Shown: positions 1-9,273 of the stretch, one piece after another
Numbering within the stretch: the first letter of the stretch is position 1
Layout: each line of letters begins with the position of its first letter
NCBI GenBank assembly: GCA_965261255.1
Contig: CBDHCQ010000004.1
Coordinates: 3,150,604-3,214,603 of the forward strand
Reading direction: 5' to 3'
Length of the DNA stretch: 64,000 nt
From: Rhodothermales bacterium
Lineage (GTDB): Bacteria; Bacteroidota; Rhodothermia; Rhodothermales; Bin80
Position numbers and translations under genes: made by a program
Notes under the pieces: model-generated
What the model was told of the DNA's origin: nothing
Database searches by the model: none
Seen by the model: the letters and a program-made list of their open reading frames with translations, nothing else

Positions 1-1
1 C

Positions 2-2887
2 GGGAACCAGCGCCTACAAGTGATCGCACAGATTCTGGATCTCGCCACGGACATGGGGGCGTTGGTGGTGACATCTGCCAGTAATGACAATGCCAATAAC
101 GATGTATTTCTAAAACACCCTGCCGCGTATCATCGCGTGCTTTCGGTGGGTGCAACGGAGCGGGATTCGCGCAGACGGGCGGGGTTGTCGCAGTACGGAA
201 AGACGGTGAACGTCTTTGCTCCCGGCGTTGATATAACTACGACATCACCGGGCAACGAATACAGTTTCTCCGCGACCGGCACTTCCTTTTCGTCGCCGCT
301 GGTAAGTGGTGTGGCAGCATTAATAAAGACCCGGTTTCCCGAGATATCGCCGGATGCGCTCAGGGAGCAGTTGCGGCTTTCAAGCGAGAACATGGATGCA
401 GAGAATCCGGGTTATGCGGGGCGACTTGGCCGTGGGTACGTCAATGCGGAGGCGAGTCTGCAAGCGCCGACGGTTCCTGCTGTACGCGTCAAGCGCTGGT
501 CCTGGAGCGATGCCGATGGCAACGGTCGGATTGATTCTGGAGACCATGTTAAGGTTGACGCTACGGTTGTCAATTACCTGTCGGCAGCCCGGTCACTGAC
601 CGTGGAGCTGGTGCCAGCCGAATCGTACCCCTTCATCACGATGACTGCTGCTGAGTACAATGTAGGTTCTCTAGAGCGTGGCAATTCCAAAGACGTTGAA
701 TTCCAATTCGAGGTTGCTGCGAATGCGCCCCCGAACGTGAGCGTACGGTTCTATGCTCGCATTCGCGACGGCGATTTTACAGACGAGGCGGATGCGTTTT
801 ATTTTGGCATAAACGGGCGGCCTGATTTGGTTCACGCTTCGCTCAGTGCCCTCTACGTTGCCACGCGCGGAGAAAATTGGACCAACAATAACGGCTGGGA
901 TATCACCATGGTACCCACGGAGGAGGAATTGTCGCGCTGGTACGGAGTAAGAACCCTCCTAGGCGGGGTTATTGGGCTTGACTTGTCCGAAAACAACGTG
1001 ACGGGGACGCTGCCTGTTGAGTGGGGTGGTCTCTCGGAGTTGGAATATTTGTGGCTGTGGAGGAATTCGCTGTCGGGATCGATTCCTGTGGAACTGGAAC
1101 AGCTGTCACGGTTGCAAATTCTGAGCCTGAGTAGCAATTTGCTGTCGGGACCGATCCCTGTGGAACTGGGACAACTATCGGAGTTGCGAGAGCTGATCTT
1201 GTGGAATAATTCGCTGTCAGGGTCAATCCCCGCGGAACTGGGACAACTGTCGGTGCTGGAAGTGCTGACCCTGAGTAGCAATTCACTGACGGGGTCGATC
1301 CCTGCGGAATTAGGACAGCTGTCGGGGCTGGAAACCCTAAGTCTGTGGGGCAATTCGCTGTCGAGGTCAATCCCTGCAGAATTGGGACAGCTGTCACAGT
1401 TGCAATCGTTGCGGCTAAGTAGTAATTCACTGACGGGGCGGATCCCTGCGGAATTAGGGCAGCTTTCGGAGTTGCGAGAGCTGTCCTTATGGAACAATTC
1501 GCTGTCAGGGTCGATCCCTGCGGAACTGGGACAACTGTTGCAGCTGGAGGTGTTAAGCCTGAGTAGCAATTCGCTGACGGGGTCAATCCCTGCAGAATTG
1601 GGACAACTGTCGGAGTTGCAAAGCCTGCGCCTGTGGGGCAATTCGCTGACAGGGCTGATCCCTACGGAGTTGGAACAGCTGTCGGAGTTGGAAGTGCTGA
1701 GCCTGAGTAGCAATTCGCTGACGGGGCCGATCCCTGCGGAACTGGGGCAACTGTCACAGTTGCAAGACCTGTTTCTGCATAGGAATTCGCTGACGGGGCC
1801 GATCCCTGCGGAATTGGGACAACTGTCGGAGTTACAAAGCCTGCGTCTGTGGGGCAATTCGTTGTCTGGACCGATCCCTACGGAGTTGGAACAGCTGTCG
1901 AATTTGGAAGTGTTGAGCCTGAGTAGCAATTCGCTGACGGGCCCGATTCCTCCAGAATTAGGACAGCTGTCACAGTTGCAAGACCTGTTTCTGCATAGGA
2001 ATTCGCTGACGGGGCTGATCCCTGCAGAATTGGGGCAGCTATCGGAGTTACGAGAACTGTGGCTGCATAGCAATTCGCTGACAGGGCCGATCCCTGCAGA
2101 ATTGGGGCAGTTGTCGGAATTGCGAGAACTGTGGCTGAACGACAATTCGCTGACCGGGCAGCTACCGCGGAGTTTCATGCAACTGGACAATCTTGAGATT
2201 TTATCCTTTGGCGGTCAGGATCTATGTGCACCCTCGGACGACGAATTTCAGGCATGGCTGCGTAGGATCCCGGACGTATCCGGACCAACTTGTGCGGCTG
2301 TCGCTCCCGTGTCCTTTGCAGATACAATTGCGGATCAATCCTTTCCGCGTGGGCAGACGATTGACCCGTTCATCTTGCCCGAGGCCACAGGAGGCGCGAC
2401 ACCAATCGTCTATGGCCTGACTCCCGCGCTGCCGGCAGGATTGACCTTTGACGCGATTACACGCAAAATAAGCGGAACGCCGACGGTGGTTACGGCTTCC
2501 ACGCCGTATACCTACAAGGCTACCGGCACACACGGGTCTGCCGACAGTCTGGAGTTCAACATTGAGGTATTTGCTCCGACCCATGTAGAGAATGAGTCAC
2601 TGCCGGAGGTCTTTACAATACAGGGTAACTATCCCAATCCGTTTCGGGATGCGACGCGCATAGTGTTGGATCTTCCGTGGCCGACCCGAGTGGCGGTTGA
2701 AGTGATGGATGTGACGGGTAGGCGTGTACTTGCGATGCCAGCGATCGAGTTGTCGGCTGGTTGGGAGCGCAGCTTGGAGGTACGCGGTATGGCCATGTCC
2801 TCAGGACTGTACCTGTACCGCCTGATAGCGACCTCGTCCGAAGGGACAGTTTCAACGCATGTAGGGCATTTCGTACAAATCCGATGA
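2..2887 (+). CDS. Secreted multidomain protein, 5'-truncated by the window edge: C-terminal part of a subtilisin-like S8 peptidase + 17 plant-type leucine-rich repeats + Ig-like domain + T9SS C-terminal sorting domain
   Basis: Frame is open from base 2, with no stop upstream of the track start at 20. Catalytic-Ser motif GTSFSSPLVSG. 24-aa units LxLxxNSL(S/T)GxIPxELGQLSxLxx repeated 17 times. 'YGLTPALPAGLTFDAITRKISGTPT' Ig-like motif. C-terminal 'GNYPNPFRDATRIVLDL...GLYLYRL' Por/T9SS CTD. Confidence 0.85.
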   Translation, partial: GNQRLQVIAQILDLATDMGALVVTSASNDNANNDVFLKHPAAYHRVLSVGATERDSRRRAGLSQYGKTVNVFAPGVDITTTSPGNEYSFSATGTSFSSPLVSGVAALIKTRFPEISPDALREQLRLSSENMDAENPGYAGRLGRGYVNAEASLQAPTVPAVRVKRWSWSDADGNGRIDSGDHVKVDATVVNYLSAARSLTVELVPAESYPFITMTAAEYNVGSLERGNSKDVEFQFEVAANAPPNVSVRFYARIRDGDFTDEADAFYFGINGRPDLVHASLSALYVATRGENWTNNNGWDITMVPTEEELSRWYGVRTLLGGVIGLDLSENNVTGTLPVEWGGLSELEYLWLWRNSLSGSIPVELEQLSRLQILSLSSNLLSGPIPVELGQLSELRELILWNNSLSGSIPAELGQLSVLEVLTLSSNSLTGSIPAELGQLSGLETLSLWGNSLSRSIPAELGQLSQLQSLRLSSNSLTGRIPAELGQLSELRELSLWNNSLSGSIPAELGQLLQLEVLSLSSNSLTGSIPAELGQLSELQSLRLWGNSLTGLIPTELEQLSELEVLSLSSNSLTGPIPAELGQLSQLQDLFLHRNSLTGPIPAELGQLSELQSLRLWGNSLSGPIPTELEQLSNLEVLSLSSNSLTGPIPPELGQLSQLQDLFLHRNSLTGLIPAELGQLSELRELWLHSNSLTGPIPAELGQLSELRELWLNDNSLTGQLPRSFMQLDNLEILSFGGQDLCAPSDDEFQAWLRRIPDVSGPTCAAVAPVSFADTIADQSFPRGQTIDPFILPEATGGATPIVYGLTPALPAGLTFDAITRKISGTPTVVTASTPYTYKATGTHGSADSLEFNIEVFAPTHVENESLPEVFTIQGNYPNPFRDATRIVLDLPWPTRVAVEVMDVTGRRVLAMPAIELSAGWERSLEVRGMAMSSGLYLYRLIATSSEGTVSTHVGHFVQIR
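977..2200 (+). repeat. Coding tandem repeat: 17 x 72 bp (LRR units) with a nested 216-bp (3-unit) super-repeat at 1625-1840 / 1841-2056
   Basis: Direct reading of DNA and protein periodicity. Units 10-12 and 13-15 are nearly identical at the DNA level. Confidence 0.9.
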
Positions 2888-3100
2888 AGGACACACGGGG
2901 AGTCACAGGACTCTGGCGCCACCTGATGTCCGAAATGGATCGGACGCAAGGTACGTGCGAAGAACAATAGCTATGCGCATGTACGCTGACTTATCTAGAC
3001 CGATCTTGTGGTGCCAGCGGGTGACGTATCTACCCCTGGGTGGGGAATGCTGGCTGGTAACTTTCGCCAATTCTGCCAGTGCCTTAATCTTCGTATTGGG

Positions 3101-3370
3101 TTACATTTCTGCCTGATGCTCACCAAACCGGACGTGCAGTTTTTCCACACCCAGCCTTTGAACATAATCCCGTTTTCGCCCACGGAAGCCTCTTGGTTTG
3201 GGTGTTCCCCCTAATTCCTGCATAAGACGACTGAGAATTACGAAGTTCTTCCTAATATCGGAACCGAGGTAGTACAGGATCTGATTCAACGAGATGGAAT
3301 TGATTGGTTTGTGGGTAGAGTACGCATGAAGGTCTTCACAGGGGTGGTTGATCCGAGTGTCTAGCGTCAA
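3101..3370 (-). pseudogene. Probable decayed 3' fragment of a tyrosine recombinase (phage-type integrase)
   Basis: 'RINHPCEDLHAYSTH...ISLNQILYYLGSDIRKNFVILSRL' aligns by position with integrase box I/II (HPHxLRHxxATH ... LxxIQxLLGHxxxxTTxIYxH). The catalytic R, H and Y are replaced and no N-terminal part exists. Confidence 0.35.
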
Positions 3371-3570
3371 CTAGAATTTAAGTTAACGCTAGACATACCG
3401 GATTGCGTCACTTCGACCATAATAGAGTACATCACTACGCCGGGCCCTTGATTTCGTATACGGTGAACGATCACGGCGCCACCTGCTTGATGTGGGTAGT
3501 GAGAACTGAGCATGTGTCTGCATGATTACGCATAACTCGGGGATCTGGTACAGAATGCCCGGTTTCAGGT

Positions 3571-5193
3571 TCAACGAGCCACTATGGGCTCCTTTCGCCC
3601 GCTCCCAAAAGCTTTCCTACGAAGGCGGAGCACTGGTGCGGCTTGCTTTCGTTTGTACTCGGTCCGGTCCACCATGGATATGATCGACTCAACCAGTTTT
3701 CCTGCGGACCCGGTGAGTGCAATTATTTCGTCGACGCTTTGCTGCCCCTCAATGTAGCGCTTGAGAATCTCGTCAAGTACTTCATACGGTGGCAAAGAAT
3801 CCTGATCTACCTGGTTTGGTCGCAGTTCAGCAGACGGCGGTTTGGTGATTGAGGATTCCGGGATAAGCTCACCGGACGCGTTTATTAATCTGGCCAACTC
3901 GTAAACCTCGGTTTTATAGAGATCTCCGAGAACAGCAAGCCCTCCGTTCATATCGCCATAAAGGGTTGCATATCCTGTGGCCAATTCGCTTTTGTTGCCA
4001 GTGGCGAGCACCATCCCATTGAATTTATTGGCGAAGGCCATGAGAAGGGTCCCCCGTGCACGGGCCTGGATATTTTCTTCGGCAACATCTGCGTCCAAGC
4101 CTGAAAATTGATCTTTCAGCGCATGATTAAACGCATCAATGACCTTGTGAATCTGGATTGTATGCAATTCAATTCCTAGGTTTGAAGCCAGCTGGCTCGC
4201 ATCTTCCAGTGATCCTCTCGAAGAGTACGCAGAAGGCATAGCTACACCAACCACACGCTTTGGTCCAAGAGCCTGTACCGCCAGCGCAGCAGTCACTGCA
4301 GAATCTATTCCGCCGCTCAATCCTACGAATACCTGCTCCAACACACCAGTTTTTTCTACGTAATCCAGAATCCCCAGCTTCAGTGCTTCCAGTACTTGCT
4401 GGGTCGGGGATACGGAGGCTGGTCCTGAGCCTGACAGAAGGCTGGAATCCCATATGAGCAACGTTTCCTCAAATGGAGCAGCTTCCAGCACCTGACCACC
4501 CTGGACTACGCAGCTTCGTCCATCAAAGATCAGGTCTGTATTGGCACCAACCAGATTGGCGAAGACATAGGGGCGACCATACCGTTGCCAGACCGTCTCC
4601 ATGAGTGCGTACCGCTCAAAATGCTTATCAATGGCAAATGGAGAGGCACAGAGGTTGATAAAAAGATCAGGAGTTTGACTGGCCAGTGTAGCGATGGGAT
4701 CATGTGTGTACGGCTGACGGCCGGACTCTCGTACGTTCCACAGATCCTCACAAATATGTACACCCAGCTTAAGACCCTGCCAGCGCAGCACCATGGGATC
4801 TGCACCTGGGGCAAAATGCCGCTGCTCATCAAACACATCATAAGTCGGCAAAAGCTGCTTGTGGCATACACCCGCACAATCACCATTCTCGTACAGGTAG
4901 GCCGCGTTGTGGAGCGGTTTGCCGTGTGCTGGGTTACGGGCCAGCCCTCCTAGAAGTACTCCCAGATTCTCAGGAAGCGTCTGTGCAAGGCACTCCCGCG
5001 TCTTCTGTTCACGCGCAACAAAATCCTCGGATTCCAACAAATCCAGTGGAGGATAGCCTGTGAGCGTAAGTTCTGGAAAAACCACGAGGCTTGCACCTAG
5101 GTCCCTGGCTCTTCGGCAATAATCCGATACCTTGTTTGCGTTCCCGCGTAAATCGCCAACGATCGTGTTTATTTGTGCCAATGCCAACTTCAT
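3571..5193 (-). CDS. nadE: Glutamine-dependent NAD+ synthetase
   Basis: N-terminal CN-hydrolase domain (FPELTLTGYPP, HICEDLW) plus C-terminal NAD synthetase with PP-loop GLSGGIDSAV. Start moved to ATG 5193 (MKLALAQINT), 15 codons inside the track ORF. Confidence 0.95.
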   Translation of the reverse strand: MKLALAQINTIVGDLRGNANKVSDYCRRARDLGASLVVFPELTLTGYPPLDLLESEDFVAREQKTRECLAQTLPENLGVLLGGLARNPAHGKPLHNAAYLYENGDCAGVCHKQLLPTYDVFDEQRHFAPGADPMVLRWQGLKLGVHICEDLWNVRESGRQPYTHDPIATLASQTPDLFINLCASPFAIDKHFERYALMETVWQRYGRPYVFANLVGANTDLIFDGRSCVVQGGQVLEAAPFEETLLIWDSSLLSGSGPASVSPTQQVLEALKLGILDYVEKTGVLEQVFVGLSGGIDSAVTAALAVQALGPKRVVGVAMPSAYSSRGSLEDASQLASNLGIELHTIQIHKVIDAFNHALKDQFSGLDADVAEENIQARARGTLLMAFANKFNGMVLATGNKSELATGYATLYGDMNGGLAVLGDLYKTEVYELARLINASGELIPESSITKPPSAELRPNQVDQDSLPPYEVLDEILKRYIEGQQSVDEIIALTGSAGKLVESIISMVDRTEYKRKQAAPVLRLRRKAFGSGRKEPIVAR

Positions 5194-5239
5194 GCAGGAT
5201 CCAGTGAAAACGGTTAAGTCGTATTTTCCAGAATACACA

Positions 5240-5262
5240 ATTTAATTCTCGGGCAAACACTA
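5240..5262. repeat. Left copy of a perfect 23-bp direct repeat ATTTAATTCTCGGGCAAACACTA
   Basis: Identical 23-mer recurs at 10787-10809 in the same orientation. The two copies bracket the beta-propeller tandem array. Confidence 0.9.
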
Positions 5263-5613
5263 GATATCAACCTGCCGTAGATCACGGTTCGACCCGTCCA
5301 AATTGGTTTTACCGCAATTCGTGCGGAAGGATTAATTCTGGGCTCCTCAAGTCTTGAAGTGCATACACAGGCTTAACTTGGAAAGGTTGCCCTTAGACTG
5401 TGATCCGACAACAAATATTATACCGAGCAGCGCTACCAGCAGATTGATTTCAAAAAGTGCCACCTGCTTGGGTGTGAATACTCCTATAAATTCTCCACCC
5501 ATCCCTTTTCATGCCTCCGTCGTCTGACGTCTACGAAATCAATACCAGCTCCCCAAATCTACCAGCAGTCCTGGGCCTCAGTAGTTTCTGTGACCCATCT
5601 TCCTGGTGCTACG

Positions 5614-6741
5614 TCAAAAATCGACCGAGTACATCACGACCAGATGCTCACCGGATTCATTGCGCAGGGTACCGTAGGCCAGCGCGTTGGCGGTATCAAT
5701 CACGTACAAAGCTAGGGTTCTTGGAAGCAGAACCTGACCGATCAACCTGCCCTCAGAATCAAGTACTTGCCACCGTGCTTCGCTGGCGGGGGCCTCAACG
5801 TAGTCTTTGATCCAGATGTTATCCTGATCATCAATTACGAAGTACCTGTACGCAGGCTTGAACTCAGGGTACATCTTGCGAGCATCCGCGTCTATCTGCG
5901 CGGGGATATCGTTGCGTGCTAAGGCCACAGGATCGTGGGGCCGCCGAATAGTTCGGACCGTATCACCTGCCAGTGATGTCACTAAGATGTCAATTTCCGC
6001 ATTCAAACCCGAGTAGAAAAGCTGACTGGCACTCAATCCGAACACCGAGTTTGGGGCGAACTTGATTATCTCCACGATTGGACTGCCATCGGGTCCGAGG
6101 CCAACATACAGATCTAAGTTCGGCAGGCGAGCGAGTTCGCGGATACGCTCACCCGCCGAAGACACAAGAACGACGTAACTGTGTCGGGGCTTCTCTCTGT
6201 TGTCGAATATCATCGGCATGTTGTACCGCATGATGAGGCCATTATCGGAAATCCCTACGACTGATGAAGCCGCTCCCCAGTCGTCTTCATAGAGTGGGAA
6301 CTGAATCTGGCGCACATACGTGAAGTCTGTTGGATCGTACACACGCAAGATTCTTTCGCTCGGATCCATAACGTAGACTGAGTCGGATAGGCCCACATCC
6401 ACATCACTCACAGAGACATATTCTCCTGGACCCTCACCCACCCCACCGACAGAACCAAGCCATTCCCCGTCCATCGAGAAAACAGCCACAGAAGGTGGTT
6501 GTCGGTCTGCGATTAGGATTCTATCCACAGAATCCACAGCCAAGCCCGCGATTTCACCGAATAGGAAGGCGTTTTCGTCCGTGTCTTCACCCAGGCGAAG
6601 GATTTCGGTAAATACTATTTCTGCCTCCTCTGCACGGGGCTGCCCGACTAACGTGCTACTGGGCAACACCGTGATGAAGAAAACGGTCAGCGCCACTTGG
6701 ATTATCCGCAGACGCTGACACAAACCCTGACTGGTCGCCAT
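5614..6741 (-). CDS. Secreted beta-propeller-like protein, paralogue A1 (NHL/TolB-like six-bladed propeller family, 'GEGPGEY' motif)
   Basis: Start placed at ATG 6741 (MATSQGLCQRLRIIQVALTVFFITVLPSSTLVG = signal peptide); the track ORF extends 63 codons further upstream only for lack of a stop. Repeated blade pattern hhDxxxRIhhxDxxxxxVxVFxxDGxxLxSxG. Confidence 0.8.
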   Translation of the reverse strand: MATSQGLCQRLRIIQVALTVFFITVLPSSTLVGQPRAEEAEIVFTEILRLGEDTDENAFLFGEIAGLAVDSVDRILIADRQPPSVAVFSMDGEWLGSVGGVGEGPGEYVSVSDVDVGLSDSVYVMDPSERILRVYDPTDFTYVRQIQFPLYEDDWGAASSVVGISDNGLIMRYNMPMIFDNREKPRHSYVVLVSSAGERIRELARLPNLDLYVGLGPDGSPIVEIIKFAPNSVFGLSASQLFYSGLNAEIDILVTSLAGDTVRTIRRPHDPVALARNDIPAQIDADARKMYPEFKPAYRYFVIDDQDNIWIKDYVEAPASEARWQVLDSEGRLIGQVLLPRTLALYVIDTANALAYGTLRNESGEHLVVMYSVDF

Positions 6742-6766
6742 CCTAGGATTTGGAGAGGTATCTATC

Positions 6767-6783
6767 CAAAATGCCACATTTTG
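6767..6783. promoter_or_regulatory. Palindrome CAAAATG-CCA-CATTTTG, 26 nt upstream of the A1 start
   Basis: Perfect 7-bp inverted repeat with a 3-nt spacer. Conserved upstream of A2; the same half-site occurs upstream of B2 and B3. Confidence 0.4.
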
Positions 6784-7442
6784 AGCAGAAATAGTTATCG
6801 AAGTAAAACCAGATCGTACCATCCGGATCCTGTTGAGCATAAATCTAACAATCCCGCTCACCATCATTGGTAACTTAGATTTGGTGAAGACTTTCGCCCG
6901 CTTCGTGCGGGCTGTTCGTCGTGGGGCCAATATAAGGCGATCCCAACTCAGGTCCGATTACGATCCGTGCAATCTGGGGCCCAAGGTGAATCGGATTGAT
7001 CCGATGCAGTGGAACCGGCTGGGCGTGGATAAAATCGGTCAACCAAGCAAGCTCTGCCGCGCTTTCACAATAAGCCCTTGACATTGTAGTGCTTGCCGGT
7101 CAGACTACCGGCTATGGTCCACAACAACCCATATTGGCAACGCTCCGATCATCGGTGTCCGACTTTTCCGCACTGCGTGACGAGCATCGCGACAAAGGCC
7201 ACAACGTGACCAGTCGCGCGGTGTGCGATCTGTCGTTGTAGGAATCGTGAACAGCTTCTGTGTAGGGGGCTGGGGAAACCGGGATCCCTGCCGCGAGATC
7301 AGACTGTTACGGACGAAACTCCGTGGCTATAGCCTACATGCCACCTCGCCACTCGATATCAACAAAATCAATGCCAGCTACCCAAATCCACCCGTGGCCC
7401 TAGGCCTTAGAAGTTTCTGTGACCCATCTTCCAGGTGCTACG

Positions 7443-8573
7443 TCAAAAATCGACCGAGTACACCACGACCAGATGCTCATCGGATTCATTACGCAGTCTA
7501 CCGTAAGCCAGTGCATTGGCGGTATCAATCACGTACAGTGTTAAGGTTCTTGGAAGCAAGACCTGACCGAGCAACCTGCCTTCAGAATCAAGCACTTGCC
7601 ACCGCGCTTCGCTGGCGGGGGCCTCAACGTAGTCTTTGATCCAGATATTATCCTGATCATCAATTACGAAGGTCCTATACGCAGGCTTGAACTCTGGGTA
7701 CATCTCGCGAGCTTCCCTGTCTAACCACGCGGGGAAATCACGTTTCAAGGGTACACGATCGTGGGGCCGCCGGATAGTGCGGACTGTATCACCGGCCAGT
7801 GATGTCACCAAGATGTCAATTTCCGTATTCAAACCCGAATAGAAAAGCTGACTGGTACTCAATCTGAACACCGAGTTAGGGGCAAACTCGATTTCCTCCA
7901 CGGTTGGACCGCCATCAGGTCCGAGACCAACATACAGACCTAAGTTCGGATGGCGAGCGAGTTCACGGATACGCGTACCCGCCCAAGACGTGAGAACGGC
8001 GTAACTGTGTCGGGGCTTCCCTACGTTATCGGGCAGTATCATCGTGTTGTACCGCATGATGGGGCCATGATCGGACACCCCTACAGCTGATGAGACGCTT
8101 CCCCAGTCTTCGTCGTACGGAAATCGAATCTGGCGCACATATGTTAAGTCTGTTGGGTCGTACACATGCATGCGGGGTTCGCGCCCACTCCTGCCTTCCA
8201 TAACATAGACTGTGTCGAATGGGCTCACATACACGCCACGCACTTCCTCATATTCTCCTGGACCCTCACCCTTCTCACCGACCGAACCGAGCCATTCTCC
8301 GTCCATTGAGAAAACAGCTACCGAAGGTGGTCGTCGGTCTGCAACTAGGATCCTATCCTTAGAATCCACAGTCAAGCCCACGATTTGACCGAACAGGTAG
8401 GCGTTTTCGTCCGTTTCCTCACCCACGCGAAGTATTTCGGTGAATGTTATTTCTGCCTCCTCTGCGCGAGGCTGCCCGACTAGAGTGCTACTGGGCAACA
8501 CCGTGATGAAGAAAACGGTCAGCGCCACTTGGATTATCCGCAGACGCTGGCACAAACCCTGACAGGTCGCCAT
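7443..8573 (-). CDS. Secreted beta-propeller-like protein, paralogue A2
   Basis: Same layout as A1. ATG 8573 gives MATCQGLCQRLRIIQVALTVFFITVLP... High identity to A1 and A3 over the full length. Confidence 0.8.
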   Translation of the reverse strand: MATCQGLCQRLRIIQVALTVFFITVLPSSTLVGQPRAEEAEITFTEILRVGEETDENAYLFGQIVGLTVDSKDRILVADRRPPSVAVFSMDGEWLGSVGEKGEGPGEYEEVRGVYVSPFDTVYVMEGRSGREPRMHVYDPTDLTYVRQIRFPYDEDWGSVSSAVGVSDHGPIMRYNTMILPDNVGKPRHSYAVLTSWAGTRIRELARHPNLGLYVGLGPDGGPTVEEIEFAPNSVFRLSTSQLFYSGLNTEIDILVTSLAGDTVRTIRRPHDRVPLKRDFPAWLDREAREMYPEFKPAYRTFVIDDQDNIWIKDYVEAPASEARWQVLDSEGRLLGQVLLPRTLTLYVIDTANALAYGRLRNESDEHLVVVYSVDF

Positions 8574-8598
8574 CCTAGCATTTGGAGAGGTGTCTATC

Positions 8599-8615
8599 CA
8601 AAATGCCACATTTTG
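8599..8615. promoter_or_regulatory. Palindrome CAAAATG-CCA-CATTTTG, 26 nt upstream of the A2 start
   Basis: Identical to the A1 site. Confidence 0.4.
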
Positions 8616-9273
8616 AGCAGGAATAGTTAACGCAGTAAAACCGGATCGTACCATCTGGGTCCTGTTGAGCATAAATCTCACAATCCCGTTCACCGTCATT
8701 GGTAACTTAGATTTAGTTACAACTTTCGTCCGCTCCGTGCGGGTTATTCGTCGTGTGGCCAATATAAGGCAATCCCAACTCAGGTCCGATTACGATTCAT
8801 GTAGACTGGGGCCCAGGGTGAATCGGATTGATCCGATGCAGTGGAACCGGTTGGGCGTGGATAAAATCGGTCAACCAAGCAAGCTCTGCCGTGCTACTAC
8901 AATCAGCCCTTAGCATTGTAATTCTTGCAGGTTAGTCTACGGGCTATGGAATCACAACAATCCATACTAGCAGCGCTCCGATCATCAATGTCTGCGCTGT
9001 CTGCACTGCTTGACGGGTATCGCGACAAAGGCTGCCACGCGACCGGTCGCGCGGTGTGCGATCTGTCGTTGTTGGAATCGTGAACAGCTTATGTGCGGGG
9101 GCCGGGAAACCCGGGTCCCTATCGCAATATCAGGCTGTCACGGACGAAACATCGTGGCTATAGCCCACAAGCCGCTTCGTCACTCGACATCTACGAAATC
9201 AAAGCCAGCTACCCAAATCCACCAGTGGTGCCGGGCCTTAGTAGTTTCTGTGGCCCATCTTCCTGGTGCTACG

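Noticed and set aside
853-2190. 445-aa and 205-aa minus-strand ORFs (853-2190, 969-1586) antisense to the LRR array
   Set aside because: The stop-free antisense frames are a by-product of the 72-bp repeat composition. Their 'proteins' are low-complexity echoes (SCPNSAGIGPVSELL...) with no start context. The sense strand has strong domain evidence.
977-2200. Regular 72-bp periodicity that could superficially resemble a CRISPR array
   Set aside because: There is no alternation of conserved repeats with unique spacers: the whole unit is conserved and in-frame coding (LRR). No cas genes are present. No other CRISPR-like array was seen in the window.
5283-5300. tRNA T-arm-like string CACGGTTCGACCCGTCCA just right of the left 23-bp repeat (a tRNA-fragment att site?)
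   Set aside because: The flanking bases do not pair as a T-stem, and no acceptor, anticodon or D arm can be drawn. Too short to distinguish from chance.
5347-5502. 51-aa minus-strand ORF MGGEFIGVFTPKQVALFEINLLVALLGIIFVVGSQSKGNLSKLSLCMHFKT with one TM helix in the left unique flank
   Set aside because: It translates cleanly, but there is no RBS, no motif and no conservation evidence within the window. I cannot support it as a gene.
6833-8913. 82-aa plus-strand ORFs 6833-7081 and 8665-8913 (and minus ORF 6875-7084) in the conserved spacers of the array
   Set aside because: Comparing the two copies, roughly 20 nucleotide differences give about 13 amino-acid changes, with no third-position bias, so there is no sign of purifying selection in that frame. 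The region is more simply the leader/promoter of the downstream minus-strand propeller genes.
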